Shown here piece after piece: positions 54,529 through 62,575 of a stretch of DNA of 64,000 nt. This DNA is from a virus (Duplodnaviria; Caudoviricetes): positions 1 to 64,000 of the IMG/VR virus record IMGVR_UViG_3300044513_003764; one strand, written 5' to 3'. The notes below the pieces were generated by a model. The model saw only the letters and a list, made by a program, of their open reading frames with translations. It had not been told where the DNA came from and ran no database searches. Each line of letters begins with the position of its first letter. Position 1 is the stretch's first letter. The translations under genes were made by a program, and so were the position numbers.

Positions 54529-55398
54529 TCAGGCAGGAGAGGTCGAGGTGTAGATCTGAGACTCGATGACACCATCGGGCTGCAGAGCGACGTCCTGACG
54601 CTCGGGGGGCTCGTCGGGAACGATCCAGCAAACTTCGCAGATAGCGAGTGCTTTGTCTTCGCCGGAGAGCTTGCCAGCGGCGGCACGAGGATCGTACACA
54701 CCAGAACCCTGGAAGATACCAGAGGCGGCTTGGCTGCTGGAAGCGAACAGTTTCCACTGAGTCTCGGCACCCAGGGCAGACAGGCTGCTGGAGTCGATGA
54801 TGTTGGTGGAAGCGGTGCTGCCGTTAGCAATGCGGCTGGTGGCGCCGGTAACAGAGGTACCGAACTGACCAGACACAACAGTGCCGTCGACTTTCAGACC
54901 TTGGCCCACAGCGGGGATCAGGGTCAGGGTGGGGGTGGCGGAACCACCGGCAACGCCGGAGCTCACCAGATCACCACCGTCAACACGCAGAGAAGCGCGA
55001 TACACGTAAGCACCGGCAGGAGCCTTGATGCCGTCGGTGATATCGGCCCGGACATCCTTGTGGAAGTCGGGGGAAGGAACGATAACCTCGCCGTTCAGGA
55101 AAGGTTGCTCGGCGCTGTTCTGACCCGAGCCATAAGGACGGGTGTAGTAGGACAGCTGGTTGGTGGAACCCAGAGCTTGGAAGCTCAGGTCCACATAACC
55201 GACGGCCTGCTGGGCAATCCAGCCGGGACGGAAGACCACGCCCACGGGGCCACCAACGGGCTGGTTGGTGTAGCTCGTCTGAACGCCATTGGCGTTCTCG
55301 AACTGCATGGTTTTTTCTTCGTGCCAGTAACGAAGAACGTTGGTGTAGTTGCCAGGATAAATCTTGGCAACGTGCAACTGGTTAGAGTTGATCGCCAT
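54529..55398 (-). CDS. putative capsid decoration / minor capsid protein
   Basis: Directly after the capsid gene with GGAGG RBS and the same strong codon bias. Confidence 0.6.
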   Translation of the reverse strand: MAINSNQLHVAKIYPGNYTNVLRYWHEEKTMQFENANGVQTSYTNQPVGGPVGVVFRPGWIAQQAVGYVDLSFQALGSTNQLSYYTRPYGSGQNSAEQPFLNGEVIVPSPDFHKDVRADITDGIKAPAGAYVYRASLRVDGGDLVSSGVAGGSATPTLTLIPAVGQGLKVDGTVVSGQFGTSVTGATSRIANGSTASTNIIDSSSLSALGAETQWKLFASSSQAASGIFQGSGVYDPRAAAGKLSGEDKALAICEVCWIVPDEPPERQDVALQPDGVIESQIYTSTSPA

Positions 55399-55412
55399 TG
55401 TTAGTTACCTCC

Positions 55413-56528
55413 TCAAGCGTCGAAAGAGTAACCAACGGTGACGAAGTCAGCGTTCAGAAGTTCGAAACCTGCGTACAGGCTCCAAATCATCATGATGAAA
55501 CGGCTGAAGTCGTCGTTGTTGTTCAGGAGAACCTGAGCATTGTTGCCACCGATGCCAACGCCGGTCGACTGAGGACCGAAGAAGATACCAACTGCTGCGT
55601 TGTAGTCAGAGGTGGTGCCACCGATGGTTGCGCTTTGGGTTTGGGTAGGCATGTTGGTGCTTTCGAAGAAGCGCACGCCTTCAAACACGAAGCCGGTGGG
55701 CATAATCGGTTCGCCAGCCACGAAGGTGGCTTGACCGAAGCCCTGACCCATGTACAGCGCAGCGTTGGGCTGCATGCCGGACATGAGGGGATTGATTTGA
55801 CCGTTGCCAGGATAACGAGCAACTTCACGGAAGTCGCTGTTCTGACGCAGGTGCATCAGGAAGGTGGGATCGCAAACGCAGCGATAGAAACCATCCTGGA
55901 AGGTAGGAGTGTTCCGCTTGCGCAGGCTCTTCACCACGCGCAGGAGGTCATCCTTAACGTCGAACTTAGCTTGCTCGGCGTTGGTGTAGGTCAGGGCGCC
56001 GGTTGCCAGATCGCCGGGGAAGTAGTAACCACCCTGGGAATCGGAAGCTTGGCCCTTAGAAACGGCTTTCAGGAGTTCGTTGATGAACACCCGATCACGC
56101 CACCGACGGTAGTCATCCAGCAGAGTCAGGCTGCCGATGGACTGGTGGAAGGTGGTGAGGTTGCCGGTATCCAGCAGGAGACGCTGAGCAGTGATCAGGG
56201 TCTCACGAGCAATCTTGAAGGTGCTCGGCTGGGTGGGATCGGACGGATCAGCAGGACCGGTGTACTCCTTAAGAGTCACCAGGACCTTGTCCTTGACGAT
56301 ATTGCGGCTGTTAGCAGTACCGATGGTCTGCTCAGCAGTACGTTCGCGAGATTCTTTGGAGCCGGGGTTACCGAAGAAGCGGTAACGGTCGAGCTGCACA
56401 GTCTGGCCGGGTTGCTTCGAGAAATCGTGAACAACCACAGGCTCCGCAGCCATCTCAACGATGTATGCGGGGTGCGGACGGTACAGTTCGGCACCAAGAA
56501 TCTTCGGAAAATCATTATCGATGAACAT
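55413..56528 (-). CDS. major capsid protein (N4-gp56-like, HK97 fold)
   Basis: 371 aa; GQTVQLDRY, EYTGP, FEGVRFFES, FG.Q..G.G; strong codon bias; synteny with portal and scaffold. Confidence 0.85.
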   Translation of the reverse strand: MFIDNDFPKILGAELYRPHPAYIVEMAAEPVVVHDFSKQPGQTVQLDRYRFFGNPGSKESRERTAEQTIGTANSRNIVKDKVLVTLKEYTGPADPSDPTQPSTFKIARETLITAQRLLLDTGNLTTFHQSIGSLTLLDDYRRWRDRVFINELLKAVSKGQASDSQGGYYFPGDLATGALTYTNAEQAKFDVKDDLLRVVKSLRKRNTPTFQDGFYRCVCDPTFLMHLRQNSDFREVARYPGNGQINPLMSGMQPNAALYMGQGFGQATFVAGEPIMPTGFVFEGVRFFESTNMPTQTQSATIGGTTSDYNAAVGIFFGPQSTGVGIGGNNAQVLLNNNDDFSRFIMMIWSLYAGFELLNADFVTVGYSFDA

Positions 56529-56612
56529 CGATAAGATCCAGAAGAAACTACAAAGGTAAGTTTAGGGCAGTTAAGTCGCTATAAGAGCAGAATAGTGTCG
56601 CAATCTTAGAGG

Positions 56613-57410
56613 TTAAATTTTAGTGCCGGGGCTAAAAGTTCTCACCATATTGCGTACACCTTCACCAAGCACACCATATGTTGAACCGTAATTTGGAACG
56701 TAACGCGTGGACTTACCTCGATAACTAAAACGCGTTACCGAACTCATCTGCCCAGGCGCGGTGCTTCGAACTGCTTCTGCGTATGTGCGGCAGTAAGCAG
56801 GGTAGTTGTACTCCCACGCTGCTCTGGATCCGCTTGTGTCGTTAGTCGGGTTAGTGAGCATCGGTGTTCTGACCCGCTCAAACGATCCCGGACCCCCTGT
56901 GATGCCTCCTTCTGTACTCGTATTGTTTGAAGGAGTTTGAAACGGTGAGTAGTTCTGATTGTCAGGAACAGAGGCTCCGTACCACGTATAAGCGCCAAAA
57001 TCCCTCAAACCCGGTTGAGGGCCTAGTGCGGTTTGAACGTTGCTGTTAGCAGTGTGGTACAGACCCTGAGCACGGAAGCCCAGGTAACTATCTAACAAGC
57101 CCGACGCGTGTGGATTTACGTTGTTGTAATCAGTCCAGTAGCCAGAAAGTGCTGCCGGAACAGATCTCCACTCCGTATTTAAATATCCACTACTGTTTGG
57201 AGGACCAACTGGGATATTCCCGAAGTCAGCACCTTCAAGATTCACGCCCACCCAAGTTTGCTGTACTCCACTCGGATACACATATCCGCTGGAAACAACT
57301 ACATAGGTGTTACGAATATCTAAGTCGTCACCAGTTCGCTGAGGACCTGACTGAACGGGGTGATACAGGTTTTTATCGTATTTCCAATTAGTTAGAGGCG
57401 TGTAGACCAT
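56613..57410 (-). CDS. hypothetical virion protein (S/G/Y/T-rich)
   Basis: ORF track; late -10 motif upstream. Confidence 0.7.
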   Translation of the reverse strand: MVYTPLTNWKYDKNLYHPVQSGPQRTGDDLDIRNTYVVVSSGYVYPSGVQQTWVGVNLEGADFGNIPVGPPNSSGYLNTEWRSVPAALSGYWTDYNNVNPHASGLLDSYLGFRAQGLYHTANSNVQTALGPQPGLRDFGAYTWYGASVPDNQNYSPFQTPSNNTSTEGGITGGPGSFERVRTPMLTNPTNDTSGSRAAWEYNYPAYCRTYAEAVRSTAPGQMSSVTRFSYRGKSTRYVPNYGSTYGVLGEGVRNMVRTFSPGTKI

Positions 57411-57470
57411 CGTGTCACTCCCGATAAATTTATTTTAATGCCCTAAAATTTTTAGAGATATAAGAGGCCG

Positions 57471-57833
57471 ATGCAGTTACCTTCTGGAGAGGCCTTTTCG
57501 GTGTTCCTAGAGGACCCAGAGATATGTATAGCGTCCTCGTCGGGATCAATAACTGACGTACTTGTGCATCCACAGAGGGTAAAACGTTTTATACCTTATC
57601 TAGTTAAAACGATACTTGCCGGTTACTTGCTGGCCACGTTCGTGAGCCCAGCAGTAGCTGAAAAATTTAAGCTCACAAAAAAAGAGGCATTAGCTGCCTC
57701 CTTTATCTGCGGATATGCAGGAGTAAGAATGCTCAACAGCTTAGAAAAGCTGGCTGAGGAAGAAATAAAGAAAAGAATTTCGTCCAGGGGTCAGTCGATG
57801 ACCACGGACTCGTCAAACGAAGACGTGTCCTGA
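57471..57833 (+). CDS. putative holin-like membrane protein
   Basis: Hydrophobic helices ILAGYLLATFVSP and ALAASFICGYAG; basic tail. Confidence 0.55.
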   Translation: MQLPSGEAFSVFLEDPEICIASSSGSITDVLVHPQRVKRFIPYLVKTILAGYLLATFVSPAVAEKFKLTKKEALAASFICGYAGVRMLNSLEKLAEEEIKKRISSRGQSMTTDSSNEDVS

Positions 57834-57931
57834 GCAGCGGGGGCGGGCTCACTGGTCTGCTGGGGAGCAGGCTCTTGAGCTTTGGGCGCCTCGAGGGGAG
57901 GCTTGCGACGAAGTTCACCTAGAGCGCGCAT
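57791..57931 (-). CDS. 46-aa P/Q-rich peptide
   Basis: MRALGELRRKPPLEAPKAQEPAPQQ...ESVVID; TAGTCT 21 nt upstream. Confidence 0.5.
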   Translation of the reverse strand: MRALGELRRKPPLEAPKAQEPAPQQTSEPAPAAQDTSSFDESVVID

Positions 57932-57963
57932 AATCCTTAAGTTGCTTCTAAAAGACTAGCAAT

Positions 57964-57985
57964 AAAAAACCCTCCCGAAGGAGGG
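57964..57985 (-). terminator. intrinsic terminator after scaffold gene
   Basis: CCCTCC-TTCG-GGAGGG-TTTTTT. Confidence 0.85.
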
Positions 57986-58012
57986 TCGGAGCGATATTCC
58001 GGTGAAAGTCTA

Positions 58013-58939
58013 TCAGGCAGCGTCCATGAACAGGAGCTTGTTGCGCAGGGCCTCAGGACCCATGTTGCTGAGGTAGCGCCAAGCGTTCTCGGGGCTACGG
58101 TTCATGACGTCGCTGAATTGCTCCCACTGGTTCTGGGGATTCACGCTCTGCTGAGAACCACCTGCGTTAGCGGGGGGAGCAGGCATGTCGTAGCTCTGCT
58201 GGTAAGCCTGTTGCTGAGGAGAAGCAGCAGGTCCGTCGATATCCACGGGGACAACCTCGGTGAAGAAGCGATCGGTGTAGTCAGCCAGGGTGTCGGGGTT
58301 GGTCAGGATGGTCTGCATGGCGTTGTGACGGCCAGACAGATCATCCATCGCACCTGCTTGCTGGATCAGCATGTCCTCGAGGGCGCATGCGTACTGATTC
58401 AGAATGCCAGGGGCTTCGACACCGAAGTGCTCAACGACGGCGCGAGTTGCGTCGCTGATTGCCGGAGCGGCGCTCGTCCGGGCCGTAGAAGCCTGAGAGG
58501 AAGCCTGGGTCTGTGAGGCGTTGGTAGACGAGATCTGCGCTTCCTGGGGCGCCTGGTAAGCCCAGGGTTGGGCCTGTAAATTCTGATTGATCTGTTGCGT
58601 ACCCTGCAGACCAGTTGTCTGGGAGGGATACTGTGGTTCCTGGCTGAGGGATTGAGAGTTGACCTGGGACAGCACCCGCTCCAGGGAACCCATTGCTGCT
58701 TCCCAAGGGTTGCTCGGGGAGGAGACGGACGTTGACGGGCTGTACTGGTTGCTGATAGAAGGGTCCGTAGCCGGTGCCACCTGCGACGGCGGTTGGGCTG
58801 TAGGTACCGAAGCTACCGCCGGGGTAGCTGTTTGCGCCACCCATTGCGGGAAGGCGGTCGAGCCCTGGTCCGAGGTTACCGCCGGGGCTGCCGCCGGGGA
58901 GACCGGGCTCGGGGTCGAAGCTTGGATCTGCTGGCTCAT
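58013..58939 (-). CDS. capsid scaffolding protein
   Basis: Q/A/P/S-rich disordered N-terminus, helical core, short C-terminal helix pair; strong codon bias; position between portal and capsid. Confidence 0.7.
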   Translation of the reverse strand: MSQQIQASTPSPVSPAAAPAVTSDQGSTAFPQWVAQTATPAVASVPTAQPPSQVAPATDPSISNQYSPSTSVSSPSNPWEAAMGSLERVLSQVNSQSLSQEPQYPSQTTGLQGTQQINQNLQAQPWAYQAPQEAQISSTNASQTQASSQASTARTSAAPAISDATRAVVEHFGVEAPGILNQYACALEDMLIQQAGAMDDLSGRHNAMQTILTNPDTLADYTDRFFTEVVPVDIDGPAASPQQQAYQQSYDMPAPPANAGGSQQSVNPQNQWEQFSDVMNRSPENAWRYLSNMGPEALRNKLLFMDAA

Positions 58940-60668
58940 AGCTACCCGAGTAGGTTAATTCTTCCGCTAGGTGGTCAAACGTCCTATAAAGGAGCGGAGT
59001 GATATTCAGTCTAGGATCTGCCGCAAGCGGTTGGTTAGGCGCAAGCGGATGCGGAGACTGCAACATCTGGGATAATAATACCAGAAATTGTTGCATCGCA
59101 GATTGAGTTTGTTGGATCATGCGGAAGGGGAAACCCTTCAGCATTTCCGCTATCTCAGAATCAGTTTTGTCGGGGAAAAGGTATTTCATGGCCTCTAGGC
59201 TGTCTACACCTAGTTCCTGCATGTTGCGGACGACCATGGACTTTTGAAGAACGTCATAAGACGTATCTTCATAAACATCACCCTGATACCGATAAGAAAC
59301 TTCGCGGTCACCATCCTCTGGGAGACCGACAACACCACGAGGTACTTTGTTTTCTGCGACGGCTTTCTTGATTGCCTCGTCAAGTTTGGTCTCGAATTTC
59401 AGTACCGAAATCTGGTACTTCTCGAGTGACTCCGGAGTCTCCTCTTTAGGGGGTTTGGGTTCTTTCATGCCGGAAGCCAGCAGGAAAGATTCGCGGAAGA
59501 TCTGCTCCTGGTGGTAGATCATCATCTCCAGGAGACGATTAAATCCGTAGATCAGGAAGCTTTTGTTTTTCCGAAGAGCCGTGGCTTGAGCACGACCCAT
59601 CAGACCCTTGATCTCCGTTGCGGTGGCACCGGCAGAGATCGAAATCTCGTCGACACCACCCAGAGCGGTACGAATCTCCTCCCGAAGGAGAAGCGTGTAC
59701 CGGTTCATATCCCCGTTCACGGGGTCAGGAGTCATGTAACCGACTCGGTCAGAAGGTTCAACGTTCGCGATGATTCGCGGCACGCGGAGACCAGAGCCCA
59801 TACCAGCGCCAAAGGGCTCACTAACTCGCGTCGACGGACTGTCGGCGCCAGCAAAACCGCTTTGACTACTAATAGTTGGCCTAAAGGTGCTCTGACTATC
59901 GTTCGCTTCGACCAGATCACTACGAGGACGGGAACTGATCAGAGTCGGGTTGCCAAAGAACTCAATATTTTTGGCAATGTTACGAGTCAGCTGATCATGA
60001 AGCACGATCTGCTCCATGAACGGGTCAAACTCACCTTCTCCTTCGGTACCGCTAGCGTTCGGTTTGTTTAAAACCTCAACCGCAGGGACAAAACCAAGGG
60101 TATTAGGGCGTTTCTTGGCAGGACTTAAGATCGCGCCGGGCTCGAGATCGAAACTGAGTTCAGTGTCGGTCTCAACTTCAGTGATTTCCTCAGCAGTAAT
60201 AGAAAGGCGGACGTAGCGCTTGTTCTGTCCGTAGCTATTACTAGGTAAACCTAAGTTTGCGTTCTTTACCTTATAGCTATAGATGATAATTACTTCTTCA
60301 ACTTCACCGTTTAGGTCGTGGTAGACGCGATACTGGTTTTTATTGAAGAAATAAATCTGGTACTTGAGTTTCGGGTCAGGGCGAAAGTAAAAAAGCCCAC
60401 AGCCGTCGATCAGGAAGTTGCGGATAATCGAAGGGAATCGAATATCCAGCCGGTTCAGCTTGATTACATCCTCTAGGAAACGCGTACGGCTCCTATAGGT
60501 GTCTTGCTCACAGTAGAAAGTGAGACCCTTCTTCATCATGAGAAGGGTCATCTGCTGTAAGTGGCTCAGCACAACCATCGTTGCCGATTGGTTGCTCCGA
60601 TCCTGAGTGCGCGAAGCTTCCAGAATCTCGTTGAACCTTGTTCTGCTTTCAGTCGAGGCGGAAGGCAT
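58431..60668 (-). CDS. portal protein with long P/G-rich C-terminal extension
   Basis: 745 aa; between terminase and scaffold; portal-like helical pattern, ATATEI motif. Confidence 0.7.
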   Translation of the reverse strand: MPSASTESRTRFNEILEASRTQDRSNQSATMVVLSHLQQMTLLMMKKGLTFYCEQDTYRSRTRFLEDVIKLNRLDIRFPSIIRNFLIDGCGLFYFRPDPKLKYQIYFFNKNQYRVYHDLNGEVEEVIIIYSYKVKNANLGLPSNSYGQNKRYVRLSITAEEITEVETDTELSFDLEPGAILSPAKKRPNTLGFVPAVEVLNKPNASGTEGEGEFDPFMEQIVLHDQLTRNIAKNIEFFGNPTLISSRPRSDLVEANDSQSTFRPTISSQSGFAGADSPSTRVSEPFGAGMGSGLRVPRIIANVEPSDRVGYMTPDPVNGDMNRYTLLLREEIRTALGGVDEISISAGATATEIKGLMGRAQATALRKNKSFLIYGFNRLLEMMIYHQEQIFRESFLLASGMKEPKPPKEETPESLEKYQISVLKFETKLDEAIKKAVAENKVPRGVVGLPEDGDREVSYRYQGDVYEDTSYDVLQKSMVVRNMQELGVDSLEAMKYLFPDKTDSEIAEMLKGFPFRMIQQTQSAMQQFLVLLSQMLQSPHPLAPNQPLAADPRLNITPLLYRTFDHLAEELTYSGSYEPADPSFDPEPGLPGGSPGGNLGPGLDRLPAMGGANSYPGGSFGTYSPTAVAGGTGYGPFYQQPVQPVNVRLLPEQPLGSSNGFPGAGAVPGQLSIPQPGTTVSLPDNWSAGYATDQSEFTGPTLGLPGAPGSADLVYQRLTDPGFLSGFYGPDERRSGNQRRNSRRR

Positions 60669-60700
60669 TCACTGCTGCGGGCTAAAAACCCGAAATAAGA

Positions 60701-60859
60701 TTACTTAGAAGACTTCATCTCTTTGTGCTTACGGGCTTTATCCCGAGCACGGGTGCGCTTTTCAGAGTCGCCGCGAAGTTCCTCACCGCTAGGAGCTTTG
60801 GTTTCTTCCTGCTTTTCTTTAAAACGCGCTAAGACTTCAGCGGGCATTTTATCGGACAT
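60701..60859 (-). CDS. 52-aa charged peptide
   Basis: MSDKMPAEVLARFKEKQEE...KHKEMKSSK. Confidence 0.6.
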   Translation of the reverse strand: MSDKMPAEVLARFKEKQEETKAPSGEELRGDSEKRTRARDKARKHKEMKSSK

Positions 60860-61664
60860 CGGGCAACAGATAATTCCTTACTCTTTCCAGTTTAACCAGT
60901 TCTTTCGGGAGATTTTCAACGGGATACGAAGTCAGCAAATGATCCTCCCGACCAAGCATGTCGGTATTGCCTTCTTCAGGCTCAAACTCATCACACAACT
61001 TCTGTACCTCGGGACGGTCCCAGATGTAATACTCGGCAATCGACCTGAGCTTCAGCTTGCGCTTATCGGAGTCGCCCATCCAAGAGAAGTGCCAGCCCGC
61101 GTCGCGATCACCGAAATAACGGTTTGCTTGTGTGGCGCGCATAGAGGACAAAGTCCCAAAATCTTTTAGTTGTCCCACGGTGCTGACGACTCCACATCGC
61201 CAGTCAAAAAGCTCGCCTTCAGGCGAAACGAGCTGACGATCCGCACGACCATAGTGCATAGACATGCTTAATCGGACAACATTTTCCTTCTCTTCCTCAA
61301 CGACCCTTAGGAGCTCCTGAAACTTATCTGGGTTAGCGATCTCGTCGCAGTCCGAACAGATAAAAACTGTGTCGTCAGGCATCATGTGTAGCCCGACTCC
61401 CAGAGCGTCGCGTTGACCACGCTCACGAATCCAAGGGTCAGGAGCTTCCTCGGCAGAAGGCAGCTCCACATGCAGAACCTGAATCTTCTCTTCGGGGAGA
61501 CCAAGCTCTCTAATGGTCTCTAAGCACGTGAATTCTTTCTCCTCACCTCTATGCGTACGGTTAGCGTCCGTAATCAGAAAACCATCTACAGAGTCCTCAA
61601 GCGTACGAATCCGCAGTTCGAGGATCTCTCGCTCATTGAAGTAGGGGAAGCAATCTATGAGCAC
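60849..61664 (-). CDS. glycosyltransferase family 17-like (GnT-III/MGAT3-like)
   Basis: IDCFPYFNE.EILELRI..L...VD.F.I......H.G..K; ERGQRDAL; SDCDEI; AGWHFSWMG. Confidence 0.85.
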   Translation of the reverse strand: MLIDCFPYFNEREILELRIRTLEDSVDGFLITDANRTHRGEEKEFTCLETIRELGLPEEKIQVLHVELPSAEEAPDPWIRERGQRDALGVGLHMMPDDTVFICSDCDEIANPDKFQELLRVVEEEKENVVRLSMSMHYGRADRQLVSPEGELFDWRCGVVSTVGQLKDFGTLSSMRATQANRYFGDRDAGWHFSWMGDSDKRKLKLRSIAEYYIWDRPEVQKLCDEFEPEEGNTDMLGREDHLLTSYPVENLPKELVKLERVRNYLLPDVR

Positions 61665-61695
61665 GCGAACCAGAAAACTCTGGCAGCATACTAAC

Positions 61696-61989
61696 TCAGT
61701 TTTTAGAGTTTAAGTACTGGCTCACCCGGCGCTTAGCTCGCGCCAAAATATTCCCACTGTTGTCACCCATATCGTCAGGAGTACCGTTGGGTACACCGTC
61801 AGAATACTCAGTAGGAGGAATTGGCGCTTGAGGCGTCGGTTCGCCGATAAGGCTTGCCGCCTCCTCCTCTTGTGTATCCGCAAAAGCCTCATCTGAAAAG
61901 AGGTCTGATCGACGTTGCTGCTCAGATGCAGCAATCTGTTTGCGATACGCCTCCGAGAAATCAGTGGCGGCATTTAAATAAGGGTTCAT
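61696..61989 (-). CDS. hypothetical acidic protein
   Basis: ORF track. Confidence 0.7.
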   Translation of the reverse strand: MNPYLNAATDFSEAYRKQIAASEQQRRSDLFSDEAFADTQEEEAASLIGEPTPQAPIPPTEYSDGVPNGTPDDMGDNSGNILARAKRRVSQYLNSKN

Positions 61990-62261
61990 CAGAAGAGAAC
62001 GTTCGCTGAGGTGATCGTCCCACCACTAATCGCAGTGCAGGCCAGATTAACCAAGGACGGCGCCGTGGCCGTAAACTGCAAATACTGTCCCGGACTATCA
62101 GAAAGCTCTAGATAGACAGTGCTACTAGAGGAAGCATTCAGGTAAAGCCCCCGACAAGTGGGGAACCTAGCCTCGCCATCAGAAGGCTGCCAGGAAAGTC
62201 CGCTTCCGTAAGGGAGCACCGAAGTCTGTCCAAAGACAGAACCAAAAGCGCGAATATCCAT
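61989..62261 (-). CDS. small beta-rich virion protein, possibly head-spike base (Rcc01079-like)
   Basis: FPTCRGLYL....TVYLEL.D...LVNLACTAI.GGT. Confidence 0.45.
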   Translation of the reverse strand: MDIRAFGSVFGQTSVLPYGSGLSWQPSDGEARFPTCRGLYLNASSSSTVYLELSDSPGQYLQFTATAPSLVNLACTAISGGTITSANVLF

Positions 62262-62284
62262 AGTAAAAGAGCTCCAAACTAAGT

Positions 62285-62575
62285 TTAACTCTCCTCCTCA
62301 GAAATTTCGATTAATTTCTGCAGATACCACGCGCATTTCTTTAGGTCTTCGACACCATTTTTAAATTCGGTACGCCAAAGGTATTTCAGGCAGGCTCCCC
62401 GACAGTAAGAACGTAAGCCCTCCTTACCTAAGGCAGACTCAAGCGCATCAATACACTCAATGGAACCCTGCGTGTAGTGTGCAGGATGATCTACAGGATC
62501 ACTAAAGAGCATAGGTTTGCTGGGTGAAAGGTCGTCGATCTCATTAAACAAGAATCTATCTTCCTCGAAGAGCAT
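62285..62575 (-). CDS. DUF3310 / SaV-like (T7 gp1.7 nucleotide-kinase-related) protein
   Basis: DPVDHPAHYTQG.IECIDA..YCRG..LKYLWR...KNG.EDL.K..WY. Confidence 0.9.
   Translation of the reverse strand: MLFEEDRFLFNEIDDLSPSKPMLFSDPVDHPAHYTQGSIECIDALESALGKEGLRSYCRGACLKYLWRTEFKNGVEDLKKCAWYLQKLIEISEEES

Noticed and set aside
55398-55415. T7 gp10A/10B-like frameshift or read-through from capsid into the next gene
   Set aside because: The downstream gene has its own GGAGG RBS and ATG, and no slippery site was seen.
54730-56534. Long + strand ORFs (224 and 378 aa) antisense to the capsid genes
   Set aside because: They mirror the codons of strongly biased genes; no RBS or recognisable motif. Shadow ORFs.
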